64,000 nucleotides of DNA. It comes from Octopus bimaculoides. Its lineage: Eukaryota. Position numbers and translations under genes: made by a program. This document shows, one piece after another, positions 11,681-25,129 of this stretch. Below the pieces are notes generated by a model, which ran no database searches, had not been told where the DNA came from, and was given only the letters and a program-made list of their open reading frames with translations. Every line of letters begins with the position of its first letter. Within the stretch, counting starts at the first letter, position 1. The stretch is taken from the NCBI RefSeq assembly GCF_001194135.2, contig NC_068981.1, forward strand, positions 40,177,581 through 40,241,580, read 5' to 3'.

Positions 11681-12960
11681 GCATGTATATGCATACTCAT
11701 ATTCACATATGTGTCTTTGCATATATATGTTTGTGTATGTGTGTATGCATGTATGTATGTATGAATGTATACATAGATATACACACGTATACACAAACAC
11801 ATAATAGTTCGAAATACACACGCACAACACAAATAATCACAATTGCCAGGATGTATACATATCCACCTTATTCTTTCCACCTCTCTTTGTTAATGCACCT
11901 ACGCGCGCTGCGCATGCTGTCATGTAAACATATGAAAGTATATATAAATGTGTGCATATGCTTATATTTTTTTATATTTATACTCACAAACACACACACA
12001 CACGTGTGTAATCTTTAAGAAATGGTTCTAGCAAATTAGGTCATACAAAGTCTTAACTTCCCGGAAATATTTTATCGAATGAGAATATTTTTTACCCGAA
12101 CCGATAATCAATATATCTGTGTCCTATTTTCGGTTTATTAATTAAATAAGTAATTACTTGGCGTGATTCTAATTGTCTATTTGAAATGTTGATATATTTC
12201 TTTTTATTTCTTTCTATTGAATTTCGTTTAGAATGGTGAGACAAAAGAAAAGCGTCACTGGTTCTAATTGAGTATATGTCAGATACACATGTCCAATGTT
12301 GTTGTTTTTTTTATTCCTTCTCTTATACTTCTTTCACAACCATAGCTACAGAATGGCATTTTAATCTAAGAATATAAATGGCTCGGCGTGAATATCTATT
12401 GACTTTGTAGTTAACACTCCAAGAAACATGCGAAATAGTTAATAGTAAATCGAAATATAGGAATGTACGAAGTAAAATTAGGACACAATTCAATTTGGCA
12501 TCTTAGCAGCATTAATTCATCGTGAAGACATTTCAGTCAAACAGCCTGAGAAAATAACATGTGTATTTCCTGAATTAAAATGTGTTTGCTAGTTTTTGCA
12601 GTTACCGTTATCTTTTTTGTAACACTATTTTCTCACATTGGCAAAAGGCAATGAATTGGTTGGAATGGTAAAATTGATTGAGTCGACAACAGAATATTAT
12701 TGGTTCTTATTTTATTGGGCCCCGCCTCAAATGTGACATATATATAACCTGATGGAATGTATCATTAATATTTCGGTTTCAAACCACGACCAGAGTGTAT
12801 TTATAATGTATTTAGGTTTTTTTTTCTTCTTTTATGTTGAGGAAATATTTTGAAATATAATTTGGTTCGATTTCATAAAATAAAATTCTCTTGTATACAA
12901 AAGAAGTAAAAGCCAAGCAATAACAACTGCTAGTATCATCATTAATACTTACGCCACATA

Positions 12961-13376
12961 GGGTGGTGAACTGGCAGAATCGTTAGCACGCCAGGCAAAA
13001 TGCTTAGCGATGCCAGACAAAATGTTTTGGCGATGCCGGTCAAAAGGCTTAGCGATGCCGTGCAAAATGCTTAGCGACACCAGGCAAAAGGCTTAGCGAC
13101 GCCAGGCAAAAGGCTTAGTAATGCCAGCAAAAATGCTTAGCGGTGCTGCCAAAAATGCTTAGCGGTGCTGGGCAAAATGCTTAGGGATGCCAGGAAAAAT
13201 GTTTTAGCGGTATTATTTCATCCGTCTTTACGTTCTGAGTTCAAATTCCACTGATGTCGTCTTTGCTTTTCATCTTTCTGGTATCGATAAAATGAGGACT
13301 AGTGGAACAGTGGAGTCGATGTAAGCGACTTAACCCCTTCCTCAAAATTTCTGGCCTTGTGCCAAAATTTGAAACT
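12961..13376 (+). mobile_element. tRNA-derived SINE (family B) with an internal 10 x 22-bp minisatellite
   Basis: Head ctggcagaatcgttagcacg, then ten units like gccaggcaaaatgcttagcgat (12990-13211), then gagttcaaattcc, the ctttcatc..gtcgataaaat domain and the ccttgtgcc tail. Confidence 0.9.
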
Positions 13377-15175
13377 AATATCTACGCCACTTCACATACA
13401 ACTTTTGGTTCAGTTCTTATAAAGATGAGGAACACCTGTAACTCCTCATAAAGAGAGTTAACATCCACCCACGTAATGCATATGAAACTCCTACTTTAAC
13501 AACAAAATCAATAACATGAATTGTTTTTACTTTTACATAATGAATTTCTATTTTTACAATTTACTCCTAACCCTATTCCTAAGGAGTAAGATGAATTAGT
13601 TCATAAATACATTTGAAAACACTTTATAATGAAAGCATCAGGAAGTCCATATAAAGGTTAATTACTGCGATTACACTCTGGGTCCATTGAGTTTGATAGT
13701 ATAATTTATTGTTTGAAACAAATATAATATAATTGTTTTAAAGAGAAATAAAAATCAGATGAATCTAGTTCGGTAGATTATTAGCAACGTTGGGAAAATG
13801 AGAATAAATAAGGAACAGGAACATTTTGTTTGCAAAATTAGGAAATCACCAGCCCAGTATTCCACTGCATTTTCTAATTTCACCACTGTGATTATAATTA
13901 TCAACTTAGTGTTAATATATTCAATACATGAAGTATTAAAAAACCTAAGTAACAAAAACAATATTAGTTAATGTCTAACAATTTTTTTTTACATAATTCT
14001 GGAAAATCGAAGAGACAACTTCGATTATATGTTGGTATTATGCGGGCCTCTTCAGCGAAACATAGTTTTCGGCGCATTGTCAAAGTAGTGATGAGAGAAA
14101 CATTAAACAAATACAAAGATTATATATTTGATGACGTAAAAAAGCAGGGCTCCATGATAAGGACATAAGCATCAGGACCACATAGATCCGGCTTCGTTTC
14201 CACTACGCGAAAGACTATCGAATAAACACACACACACACACGTGTGTGTGTGTGTGTATGTGTGTGTGTGTGCCTGTGTGTGTGTGTGTGTGTGAGTGAG
14301 TGTGTGAGTGTGTGCGCGCGTGCGTGTACGTGTGTGTGTTATTATTTAGCTGTGTTTGTAGATGTCCTGTCAATGAAGAAAAGATCGTTTTCTAACCTAG
14401 AACCAAGGGTCTTTCACTGATACTTCAACAATCTCAACAGGCTAACTGTGCACGTATGTGTATATATGTGCAAGTATTTGGAGTCGAAGTATGTACAGTT
14501 TTGTATACTTTGTTTTATGTGTATTCGTGCATATAGTTGCATTCGATATGTGCAACTGTACTTATATGCTAAACTTTTGGAAATTTTATATATTTTGAGA
14601 GTTCCACTGATTGTTTTATCTGTAGTCTTGCAATTAACTCTCTTCTTTTTGGTTCTGAGAAGTCTAATTTCTTAAGCTATCAATGCACATTGAGAGTTCC
14701 TTTGCTCTAGGTGTCGGGAATACACTCAGCAAGAAATGGAAATAGAATTGAAGAGAGAAGAAAAACTCATTATATTGTGTGGATGTGGGTGTGGAGGTTT
14801 GGGTGTGGGAGTGTGGGTGGATGGGTGCGTATGCATATATATATATGTTTGTGTATGTGCGTGCATGTGTGTGTGCGTATATATATGTATGTATATTTTC
14901 TTAAAACCGATATTTCATCTCCACCACTCGATGTTTTTCAGACAACAAAAAGATGATTTCATTGAATTCTGTTCTTGCTTGAAGGATCGTATGTAACGGA
15001 AATATCTGGAGATCCACTGAATGAATCCATCTTCGAGCAAATAAACTCTACCTCTTTTATTGAGTACATTTTTGCTTGTTTATTTAACCTAGTGTTTATA
15101 TGTGTAGCGTGTATGTGTAGTGGGTAGGTTTGTGTATGATTGTGTGTGTGTGTATGTGTGTGTGTGCGTGTGTGC

Positions 15176-15206
<31 letters not shown>

Positions 15207-18200
15207 TGTGTGTGTTTGTGTGTGTGTATGAAGGCTTTAGGTGTAGACATACTAAATGTCCATAAGCAATAAGAAACGAAAAACACTTCTGATTATTGCA
15301 GTATTGATTCTGCAAATCAAAACCGGTTTTAGAAAGAAAGTGGAATTACAACAATATTTATATTACTTCAAGTCGTTATAGACATAACTGACGTAAACAT
15401 TTATCCACACATGTTCTCACAAACACACATAGATACGCATGCATAATCACACACGTACATATACGTACAGACAGGCAGCACGCGCATATAAATACACACA
15501 CTCACACACACGCACACACATACATACACATATAAATGTATACAGATATATATATACACATGAACGTACGTATTTATGTATATATTTCATTTCAACAAAA
15601 TCGGTGAAGTGGTCGGCAATAGCTTGTGGTGTTTACTTTTATTCGTATTCTATCCCTTACGGTTAAATTCGACTTACCAGTCTTTCCTGATAATTCCAGA
15701 CTGGAGTCGATATCAGCGGCAAGAACTCCGTTGAAGGTTGTATTTCAGTTTGGCCGCAATATAATGATTGAAATCTTAAAAATAACAAAATATTATTAAT
15801 TGCATTAATTCTTTAAAATTCGATGTAGCTGGCTGAGAGAAGAATTCTAGAAAATAACTTCTGGGATTTGTGTTTTGTTCATGGTTTAGCTGAGTACGAA
15901 ATAAAGATTTTGTTGAAAAGCAAAAACAATTCCGATAAATCAAATATTGTTAAATATTGGTTTCTTTTGAAAGTAATCAAATTATAACATGAACTGTACA
16001 TCTACGGCTATGTGAACTTCGGTAAATAAATGACAAATATACCAGGAAAACAGGCTTCCGCTATATCGACAATGTTCAATAGGATTTTCAATATCTGTTT
16101 ACAATGGATTCATATATATCGTTTATATATATATATGTATATANNNNNNNNNNNNNNNNNNNNNNNNNNNNNNNNNNNNNNNNNNNNNNNNNNNNNNNNN
16201 NNNNNNNNNNNNNNNNNNNNNNNNNNNNNNNNNNNNNNNNNNNNNNNNNNNNNNNNNNNNNNNNNNNNNNNNNNNNNNNNNNNNNNNNNNNNNNNNNNNN
16301 NNNNNNNNNNNNNNNNNNNNNNNNNNNNNNNNNNNNNNNNNNNNNNNNNNNNNNNNNNNNNNNNNNNNNNNNNNNNNNNNNNNNNNNNNNNNNNNNNNNN
16401 NNNNNNNNNNNNNNNNNNNNNNNNNNNNNNNNNNNNNNNNNNNNNNNNNNNNNNNNNNNNNNNNNNNNNNNNNNNNNNNNNNNNNNNNNNNNNNNNNNNN
16501 NNNNNNNNNNNNNNNNNNNNNNNNNNNNNNNNNNNNNNNNNNNNNNNNNNNNNNNNNNNNNNNNNNNNNNNNNNNNNNNNNNNNNNNNNNNNNNNNNNNN
16601 NNNNNNNNNNNNNNNNNNNNNNNNNNNNNNNNNNNNNNNNNNNNNNNNNNNNNNNNNNNNNNNNNNNNNNNNNNNNNNNNNNNNNNNNNNNNNNNNNNNN
16701 NNNNNNNNNNNNNNNNNNNNNNNNNNNNNNNNNNNNNNNNNNNNNNNNNNNNNNNNNNNNNNNNNNNNNNNNNNNNNNNNNNNNNNNNNNNNNNNNNNNN
16801 NNNNNNNNNNNNNNNNNNNNNNNNNNGGAGGAGGAGGAGGAGGAGGAGGAGGGAGTGCTATGATAGTAGGATGTTAAATGGTCAAGTGCCCTGAAAGTGA
16901 CTTGTGGATGGTAGTAGTGATTGAATTTTTGAGTGGCAAAGTTAGAAAGGAGGTGGCGGAGAGGAAGAAGACGAAGAAGGAGAAAGAGAAGGGAGAATAA
17001 GAAAGGAATGTAGGTGGTATAATAGTAGTAGAATGTTAAATGGTCAAATGACCTAAAAGTGGCTCGGTATAGATTATAGCAGTGATTGAGACTGTTTTTT
17101 AATCAATTCTTGGGAATCTCTTGAGTGTATCATTTTTAATATTTGCGAGTGTGTTTCTGTTATTCTAAGGCCGTGGTGGACATGTCGTTTGTTGTAGATG
17201 CGTTCAAAAGGGGTCTGTATTGTGTAATAAAGAGAATCTCTTTACTAATTCGTTGGCTACAGGTTTATCATCCCTGAATTTGTAGAGGGGAAAAATTCTG
17301 AAGCTTGGATTTTTGCTATTGTTCTTCTTCCCTGCCAAGAATTCCCAATGACCTCGAACTCACAAGAGTAAACAAGAGAGACAGAGACAGGCAGAAACAA
17401 GGAAAATTCCCCTTGTATTTGAATATTATGCAAATATTCTTTATAAAATTTTTCTTCTTTTAATTTTTCCAAAATTTAATTGTTTTCGATACTTACAGTT
17501 GAAAAATTCTCAATGACTGAAACCGGTACTGAAATATTTTTTATAAAACTGATGTGTCAAAGTTAGAAAGTAATCCTGAGAGCGGACACCTAATTCAAAC
17601 CAGTAATTTTGAAAGCAAGGGATTAGTCGATACCATCGACTCCTGTTTGACTGGTATGTTATTATATCTATCCTGAGAGGATGAAAGGTCAAGTTGACCT
17701 CAGACTTAGCGAGATTTTGAGCTCAGAATATAAACTGTAAGAAATTTTTCCTGATGTTCCAGTTATCCTGCCAAATCCTCAACTTAACCTACGTAACTCA
17801 AAATATTTGCAAAAGAATTATCATCGCAAAGACACCCGAAACTAGCTGGTGATGTTAGACCAGGGGAAGGTTTAAAACTACTTCACAAGAACACAAGCGG
17901 CCAATCCGGACGGCTTCTGCATAGTAACCGTCTACCAAAAAATAGACGTCTACAATGACTGGGCTGACCCATGGCTATTATAGAAGACGCTTAATCATGG
18001 TACACTACACCTAGATGGAACACGAAGCCATGTAATACGAGGCGAATTTCCTAGCCCCGATGTATATACTTGCAGCCAACAAAATAACGTTAGGAATCTT
18101 ATTTTAGATTGTGAATATTTTATTTATTGATTCTTCAACTACGCAGTTGTGTTTGACCATCATCGAGAAACAAAATCATAAATAAATATACCTATAAAAT

Positions 18201-18220
18201 CAACCATTTTTACAATACAG

Positions 18221-18349
18221 CAAGGGAACCGCGTTACAGTTCCATGATCCTGATAGAAATATCGGTCAAAATCCTCTGAAATCCCAACTTGTTATCTCAA
18301 ATGGAAAAGAATCCATCGGGCAATTAAGTTCCCGATATACAAAATGCTG
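18221..18349 (+). CDS. Candidate isolated coding exon, unidentified
   Basis: Bounded by AG (18219-18220) and GT (18350-18351); 129 bp, phase-symmetric and open: KGTALQFHDPDRNIGQNPLKSQLVISNGKESIGQLSSRYTKC. No homology recognised. Confidence 0.25.
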
Positions 18350-19682
18350 GTACGGTCACGGCTGGAATAGATTTGCTCGATCAGAGCAAATCTACGTTAT
18401 ATCAAATTTGTGCTTATTCAGAGCGAACCTGGGGCTAAATATTAATAACAGCAACAACGCGGTCACATGTTTGATTTCTACACTTTAGCAAATAACTTTT
18501 GTTTTCCTACTGATGTGTGCAAATTTGCTCCATGGTAGGAGAGTAAATAGAATATTTCATTTTTTAGCCTTTACAGCAAAGTATTTACTTGAAAGATAAT
18601 CAATGCACTGACATAACACAGATCTGATGTTGACACTTATCAAAACGATAGTGATTATTAAATATGGAACTTTAAAAAAAAACATTTAAATGTCCTTATT
18701 ACTATGGAAGAAAACAGAATTTTTGTATAAATAAAATGCCACAAATTAAGTCAATCTTGCTTCTACAACCTTCATTATTGATTCAAAAATAACATTGTTG
18801 AAACGACTCAAAACACCAGAATTTTCTTCTCTGCTTCTACTGTTGTATAGTATAGAAATGTTACAACAGTTAAAATGTAAGTTTGAGAGAGTGAGCGAAT
18901 GTACGTAAGTATGTGGTCGTATGGTTGGGTGTAGCTTTATACGTGTATTTGATAAAACTCTATAAAATATTACAATTGTACTCCCAACGTATTTAATCAT
19001 TGTTTAGGTGTTTTGTAAGTAGAATGCTTTTTCAAGCCTGAACAATATTAGATGATATTGGATGCTGAAAGCATAAAAATGATTATCCATTTCACAAGAT
19101 TGCGAAAGGAACCGTTATGAATGAAAATAAATCAAATTTAAAACCTACTTTAAAAAAGAATTTATGGATACACTTACACGTTTACTCATTTATTTACTTT
19201 GAAGATGAAACGAAGGCTCACTTTGATAAACGTGCTTAAGTAGCTTGTCATAAAAGATTAGATCTTCGTAAAATACGAATTATTTCCTCAATTTTGTTTT
19301 CAGATATATTTGCTTTATAACATATATAAATTCTAACGTATCTTCTTAATAAAACATCGATAAAGTAATATAGAAATAGAAACTGACCCTTTCGAAATTA
19401 TGTTTTACTACATAAACTTTAAAAGATTTGCATTTGAGTTAGCAGGGATCACCAGCGTGGCAATATTAAATAGCTTCATGTATAGCTATGCTTCATATAT
19501 TTCCAGAATCAACACTTTTAACCACAGAAACCAAGAAAATACTGATGGTCGCAGTAATGATTTCACAAGTTAAAACTGCTTTTAGAAGGGGAAAGGGATT
19601 ACAAAACATATATTACTTACAACAGCTATAACCATATCTACGTGCATAGACCTGCACATATTCAAACGTACAGTTTCTCCTA

Positions 19683-19697
19683 CTCTCTCTCTCTCTC

Positions 19698-19795
<98 letters not shown>

Positions 19796-19797
19796 AC
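19683..19797. repeat. (CT)n microsatellite
   Basis: Seen directly. Confidence 0.95.
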
Positions 19798-19915
19798 ACA
19801 CACATGCATACACACACACTATGCAGTGCATTGTATCCTTGACCAAAGCACGCAGCAATTCACAGAGCTCTGATTTACAAATGAGTACCTACCCGGCTCT
19901 TGTGCCCTCGCTTTC

Positions 19916-19967
<52 letters not shown>

Positions 19968-21433
19968 ATCTTTTACATACACACACACCCTCTTCCCTCT
20001 CTCCCTAGCACACCCACCCTCTCTCCCTCTCTCTCACACACAACCTCTCCCCCTCCTCTCTCTTTCTCGATTTGTCACAATCTCCATGTTCACTGGGTCA
20101 AGGTTGAGAAAACCGAAAGATGCCTATTGTTTAGTCACGACTACATAGGCACCAAAACCATTTAGCGAAAGCATGGGAGACGCTTCTAGATTATACTCGC
20201 TGGTGACTGACAGCTATAGTCTTTGTGTGTGTGTGTGTGTTTATTTTTTGTGATAGAAATTCATTAACATGCTCTAAGCTTGTGAAGAAAGTACTAACAT
20301 TTTAAATTTTCTATATTGCGCTTTCAAAGAGTCACAGTCTATTGACTCCAATTGCTTTTCATTATGTATCAAGAGATTGGCCAGTTTTGACATTCATGAG
20401 AAGGAATTTAGATGCCATTATATTTTGTTAGCTTATTTTGCCTAGAATTGAAGTAGTGTGGATAAGACGAATTTTTATTAAAGAAACGTCAAATTATTTG
20501 TAACCTCAACTTTAATTCTAAACACAAGAAACAAATTTATTTAACTTAACATTTCCTTACCAAAATCCTTTCTATTAAACGTAAGAACAGACCTTCGTGA
20601 TGCACAATGTATTGCAATTAACATCAAAGGACGCGTGATTACCTGAAAAGGCTGTGAATGCATTTTGAACCGTTATTAGTAATTTCTTTCCAGTCAGTTG
20701 ATATGCACAAGCGACCAAAAACCGATCGAATGAAACTGTTATTCTGATTATGTGTTACTTGTTACCATATACATAGCTAGTAGTGAGTAGTCGATTCTAC
20801 GACTACCTAGCTCGAGTACGCGTATGCAAATTAATAGATCCGCGCATGCGCACATGAAAATCACGCGCGCATGCGCAGAATGTGTATGTATGTAAAGGCT
20901 GAATATATATAAAATAAAATGGGTTTTTTCTTAACAAAACAAAGTAAATAATTTTTTTAATCAAAGTAACAAATAGGGATGTTTTTAAAAAATAAAAATT
21001 TTTTTACACAAAGTAAATAACACAAAATAACACAAAGTAAATAACACAAAAGCACAAAGCAAATAATTCTTTTTTTAAAACAAAGTAAATAAATTATTTT
21101 TTCTAAACAAACTAAATCATTTTTTTTTATAAACAACATAAATAATTTAAAAAAAACAAACAAATTAAATAAAAAATTACACACAACCGCCTTTTGGTAA
21201 CTTGACACATTTTTTTAAGGCGACGAAATCTGCCGAAGATTGCCGACGTGAATATTAGCGGAAAATTCAACTTTCAAGAACGCTATCCAAATTCCACGTT
21301 GTTGTTTTTGCTATCCAAATCTATGGCCAAAGAAATGGACACGCAACAATGTCTTTTTAAGAAAACTGCTTGAAAATTCCAAATTACGACTACAGGGCTT
21401 TATTCTTATAACGTACTATTGTTCCATAATACA

Positions 21434-23019
21434 TTACTACAGACAGTACATGGATTTATCAAAGAAATAGATATGAAATTTGGATTAGAAAAATGTTCCA
21501 AAGCAACCCTGAGAAGAGGAAAACTAGTTAAGAATAGCAATATCACACTAGATAAAGCCAATGAAATAAGAGAATTAGACTTGGTCTAATACAAATATTT
21601 AGGAACCAATGAACTAGATAGGATGCAACACAAACAAATGAAAGAGAAAATAAAGAAAGGATACTATAGACGAGTTAGATCAATACCGAAAACAGAGCTC
21701 AATGCTAAAAACAAGATAATAGATATTAACACTTTAGCCGTCCCAGTTATAAGTTACAGCTACAATATCCTTAACTGGACATTAAATGAACTAACCAAAA
21801 TAGACAGAAAAACAAGAAAAATAATGACAGAATCTAAGATGCACTGTATAAGGCCTATACCACCTTCTGTACGTTGTATATCAACGTACAGAATGTGGTA
21901 CAGGCCTTATACAGCTGGAAAACTATTGTAAAATAACCACCATAGGACTGCAAAAATACCTACTTCAGAAGCAAGGAAAACTAATACAAATAGCCACAAA
22001 ACACGAGCAAAACAAAAAGCTGTTTTCAGTATTAAGTAAGGTGACAAATACAAACAAGAAAGCATACTACCTTACAAATATGAAGGAGATGAAGAAGAAA
22101 TAACAAAATCTATAAAGCAAATGAAATCCAAACTAAAACTAGAACAGCAACGGACCATGATAAAACGATGACAAGAGAAGACCTTTCATGGCAAATACTG
22201 GGCTAAACTAAATGCAAAAGAAATAGACAGAAAAATCCAAGCAATGTTTGAGAAGCTCAGGACTCAAAGCAGTGACTGAAGGATTTTTAATTGCAGCACA
22301 AGACCAAAACCTCCCCACCAGAAATTACCAAAAACATATAATGAAAAGAAACATAACAAGTAACTGTAGAATATGTGGCGATGGACAAGGAACAATAAAT
22401 CATATTATCTCTGGATGCCCAATCCTGGCTAAGAAGGAATATTTTCACAGACACGACAGAGCTGGGACCTACATACACTGGAAGCTATGCTAACACTATG
22501 GAATAACAACAGAAAAAAGATGGTATAGGCACACGCCAGAAAAGGTCACAGAAAACGAGAAAGCAACCATACACTGGGATATGCCAATACACACAGATAG
22601 AGAAATTAAGGCCAATAGGCCAGATATAGTTGTCAGAGATCATGAAGAAGAAAAACGCTTTCTAATTAATGTATCAATACCAGCATATGACAACGTTTCT
22701 CTAAAAGAAATGGAGAAACTTTCAAAATACAAAGACCTGGAAATAGAAGTAACTCGAATGTGGAATCTAAAAACAGAAACAATTCCTATCATAGTAGGCG
22801 CATTAGGTATGATAAAAAAATATTCAGACAAATACGTAACAAAAACACCAGAACTTACAAGTATATATAACATACAGAAAATTGCACTACTGGGCACTGC
22901 ACACATCCTACGCAAAACATTTTCAATACAGCACAGCAAACCACAGCACATACCCAAGGCACACAGAGCTGCGCTCGGTAGTGAAGTGAAAGTACGCTAT
23001 AAAAATAAAACTACTGAAC
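21434..23019 (+). mobile_element. Dong/R4-clade LINE, 5'-truncated, with RT C-terminus, CCHC knuckle, RLE endonuclease and 3' UTR
   Basis: EIDMKFGLEKC; AKNKII.INTLAVPVISYS; TEGFLIAAQDQ; CRICGD..TINHIISGC; HDRAGTYIHW; ANRPDIVV..LINVSIP..KLSKYKDL. Ends in ctactgaac followed by (AAT)n. Confidence 0.92.
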
Positions 23020-23090
<71 letters not shown>

Positions 23091-23095
23091 CAACA

Positions 23096-23272
23096 TCGAA
23101 AAATGCCTTAGGAATGTGAACCAAGCTTCGAAATTTCCCCAAGACACCTGATGAAGGTTGGGAGGATATATTAGCCGAAACGTTGTGTTAACAACAAACG
23201 AGATGAGAACAAATATCCATCAAAATGTAAATAATGTAAATAATGTATATAATTCCTCATCTCTTAAATATA
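23096..23272 (+). mobile_element. Solo PLE pLTR 3' segment (same family as 5954-6120)
   Basis: ttaggaatg..ttcgaaatttccccaagacacctgatgaagg...cctcatctcttaaatat is the reverse complement of about 5954-6120. Confidence 0.85.
23143..23189 (+). ncRNA. Minimal type-I hammerhead ribozyme (family 2), canonical core
   Basis: gacac-CTGATGA-a-ggttgg-gaggatata-ttagcc-GAAA-CGTT-gtgtt. Stem I is GACAC/GTGTT and stem II is GGTTGG/TTAGCC. Predicted cleavage is after GUU at 23184. Confidence 0.8.
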
Positions 23273-23900
23273 GCACTGTAAGTCGAAATCAGTTCACTTT
23301 TTTTAACTATCATCAGTAGAGTGAGTGACGAATGGTGTGGAGCTAAATGCATGCTTCTTATATAGTATTGTCTCTACACTGATCGTGGCCTTTCCCTTGT
23401 CACTTTGTTTCCGTGTATGCTGATGTATTCACCAACATAGAATTTACACAAATGTTACTCAATAATTCAAGACCACGTCAGAAACTGTTTACGATGAAAC
23501 AAGAGAACGCTTGTTCCTGCTTCATCGGCTTTCATAAAAAGTCCATTTCTCCCCCCCCCTCTCTCTCTCTCTCTCCCTATTTCTTTCTTTCTTTCTTTCT
23601 TTCTTTTTCTTTATATTCCTCTTTCTCTCTCACTCTATGTCTCTCTCTCCCTCTCTTTCCCTATCTCCGTCTCCATTTCTCTCTCTACTTCTCTTTCTAT
23701 TTTCTTCTTTATTTCACTTTTTATTTTTCTCTTTCCCTCTCTCTGTCTTTCTCTTTCTCTCTACTTTTCTCTTTATTTTTCTCTCTCTGTTACACTTTCA
23801 TTCTCTCTCTTCCCCTCTCTCTCTCTCTCTCTTTCTCCTTGTCTCTCCATTTCTCACTCTATTTCTCTATTCCTCTCTCTTTCTTTCCCCATCTCTCTCT

Positions 23901-24078
23901 CCCCTCTCTTTCTCGCTCTCTCTCTCCCCTCTCTTTCTCGCTCTCTCTCTCCCCTCTCTTTCTCGCTCTCTCTCTCCCCTCTCTTTCTCGCTCTCTCTCT
24001 CCCCTCTCTTTCTCGCTCTCTCTCTCCCCTCTCTTTCTCGCTCTCTCTCTCCCCTCTCTTTCTCGCTCTCTCTCTCTC
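23901..24078. repeat. 25-bp pyrimidine minisatellite, 7 copies (cccctctctttctcgctctctctct)
   Basis: Units start at 23901, 23926, 23951, 23976, 24001, 24026 and 24051, at the end of a CT-rich tract beginning near 23550. Confidence 0.92.
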
Positions 24079-24644
24079 TAAAACATCCAAACTCATTCTC
24101 AGAGATTAAATATATTTTGATATATATATATGCTTTACTCTGTTCAACATTTTTCAATTAAAACTATTTAGACAAGTTCCTGTTTTAATAATATATATGT
24201 TGATTTATTATTATTAGAAATTAGTATGTAATGGTTATTGGTATAGAATGTTTAGATTAAATTAAATTGCAACAATGTCGATGTTGCATGATCACATCAG
24301 AATTTCAGAGAATAAAAAAAGTATGAACATATCAAATGCTAAATTGACAGATAGAAGCCAACAAAAAATCAATAGTAATAATTCAAACGAATTAATGAAA
24401 AAAAAAAGATGGGGAGAGATGTATAAGCAACAATGAGTTGAAAATGGATGGCATCTGAACATAATAAAAACCAAATCAAATTGTTTTTTTCTTTTCATTT
24501 TACTGTAACATATATCATGTAACTTGCTTCAGAATATCAGCCCAAATCTAAATGGATAGAAATTGAATCATAAACCTAAAAATAGCCAATTAGATGATTA
24601 ATTTAATAATAACTATAAAAACGACAACAGAATTTTAAAAAAAT

Positions 24645-24687
24645 AATAATAGTAATAATAATAATAATAATAACAATAATAATAATG

Positions 24688-24766
<79 letters not shown>

Positions 24767-24915
24767 CAACAACAACAACAACCTCAACCACAACTCTGAG
24801 TAATGATATAGACAAATGGAACAAAGAGATTGGAATGGAATATCCTGTAGAACTTTTACAGAAAGTTTGTCTCTTAGGAATAGGAAAGATTATCAGAATT
24901 CTATTAGGAATAAGT
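24645..24915 (+). mobile_element. (AAT)n followed by a short Dong/R4 C-terminal fragment
   Basis: DIDKWNKEIGMEYPVELLQKVCLLG..KIIR, homologous to about 39910-40020. Confidence 0.8.
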
Positions 24916-25129
24916 CCAAACCTAAATCAAATCGAATAATAGTAATAATAAGGCCTAAAAATTAGGAGAAAGAGTGTTTAAGTTTGACAAATTTAAGCTT
25001 TTGTGGGACTTCATCATTTAATGTGATTTAATGATTGAAGAACAAAGGACAGTGGTTTATATAAAAACACATGAAAACAATATAATCAATAATAATTAAC
25101 AAAAAACTAATAAACAATAAAATTCCCCA

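Noticed and set aside
12990-13211. CRISPR-like array of 22-bp repeats
   Set aside because: The units are head-to-tail with no unique spacers, derive from a SINE head, and sit in a eukaryotic context with no cas genes.
16030-16877. Long ORFs of 257-277 aa (also 42173-42757 and 26662-27114)
   Set aside because: They consist mostly of N-gap translation (X).
23413-24161. 222-aa Ser/Leu/Phe-rich ORF
   Set aside because: It is a translation of a CT-rich low-complexity tract and minisatellite.
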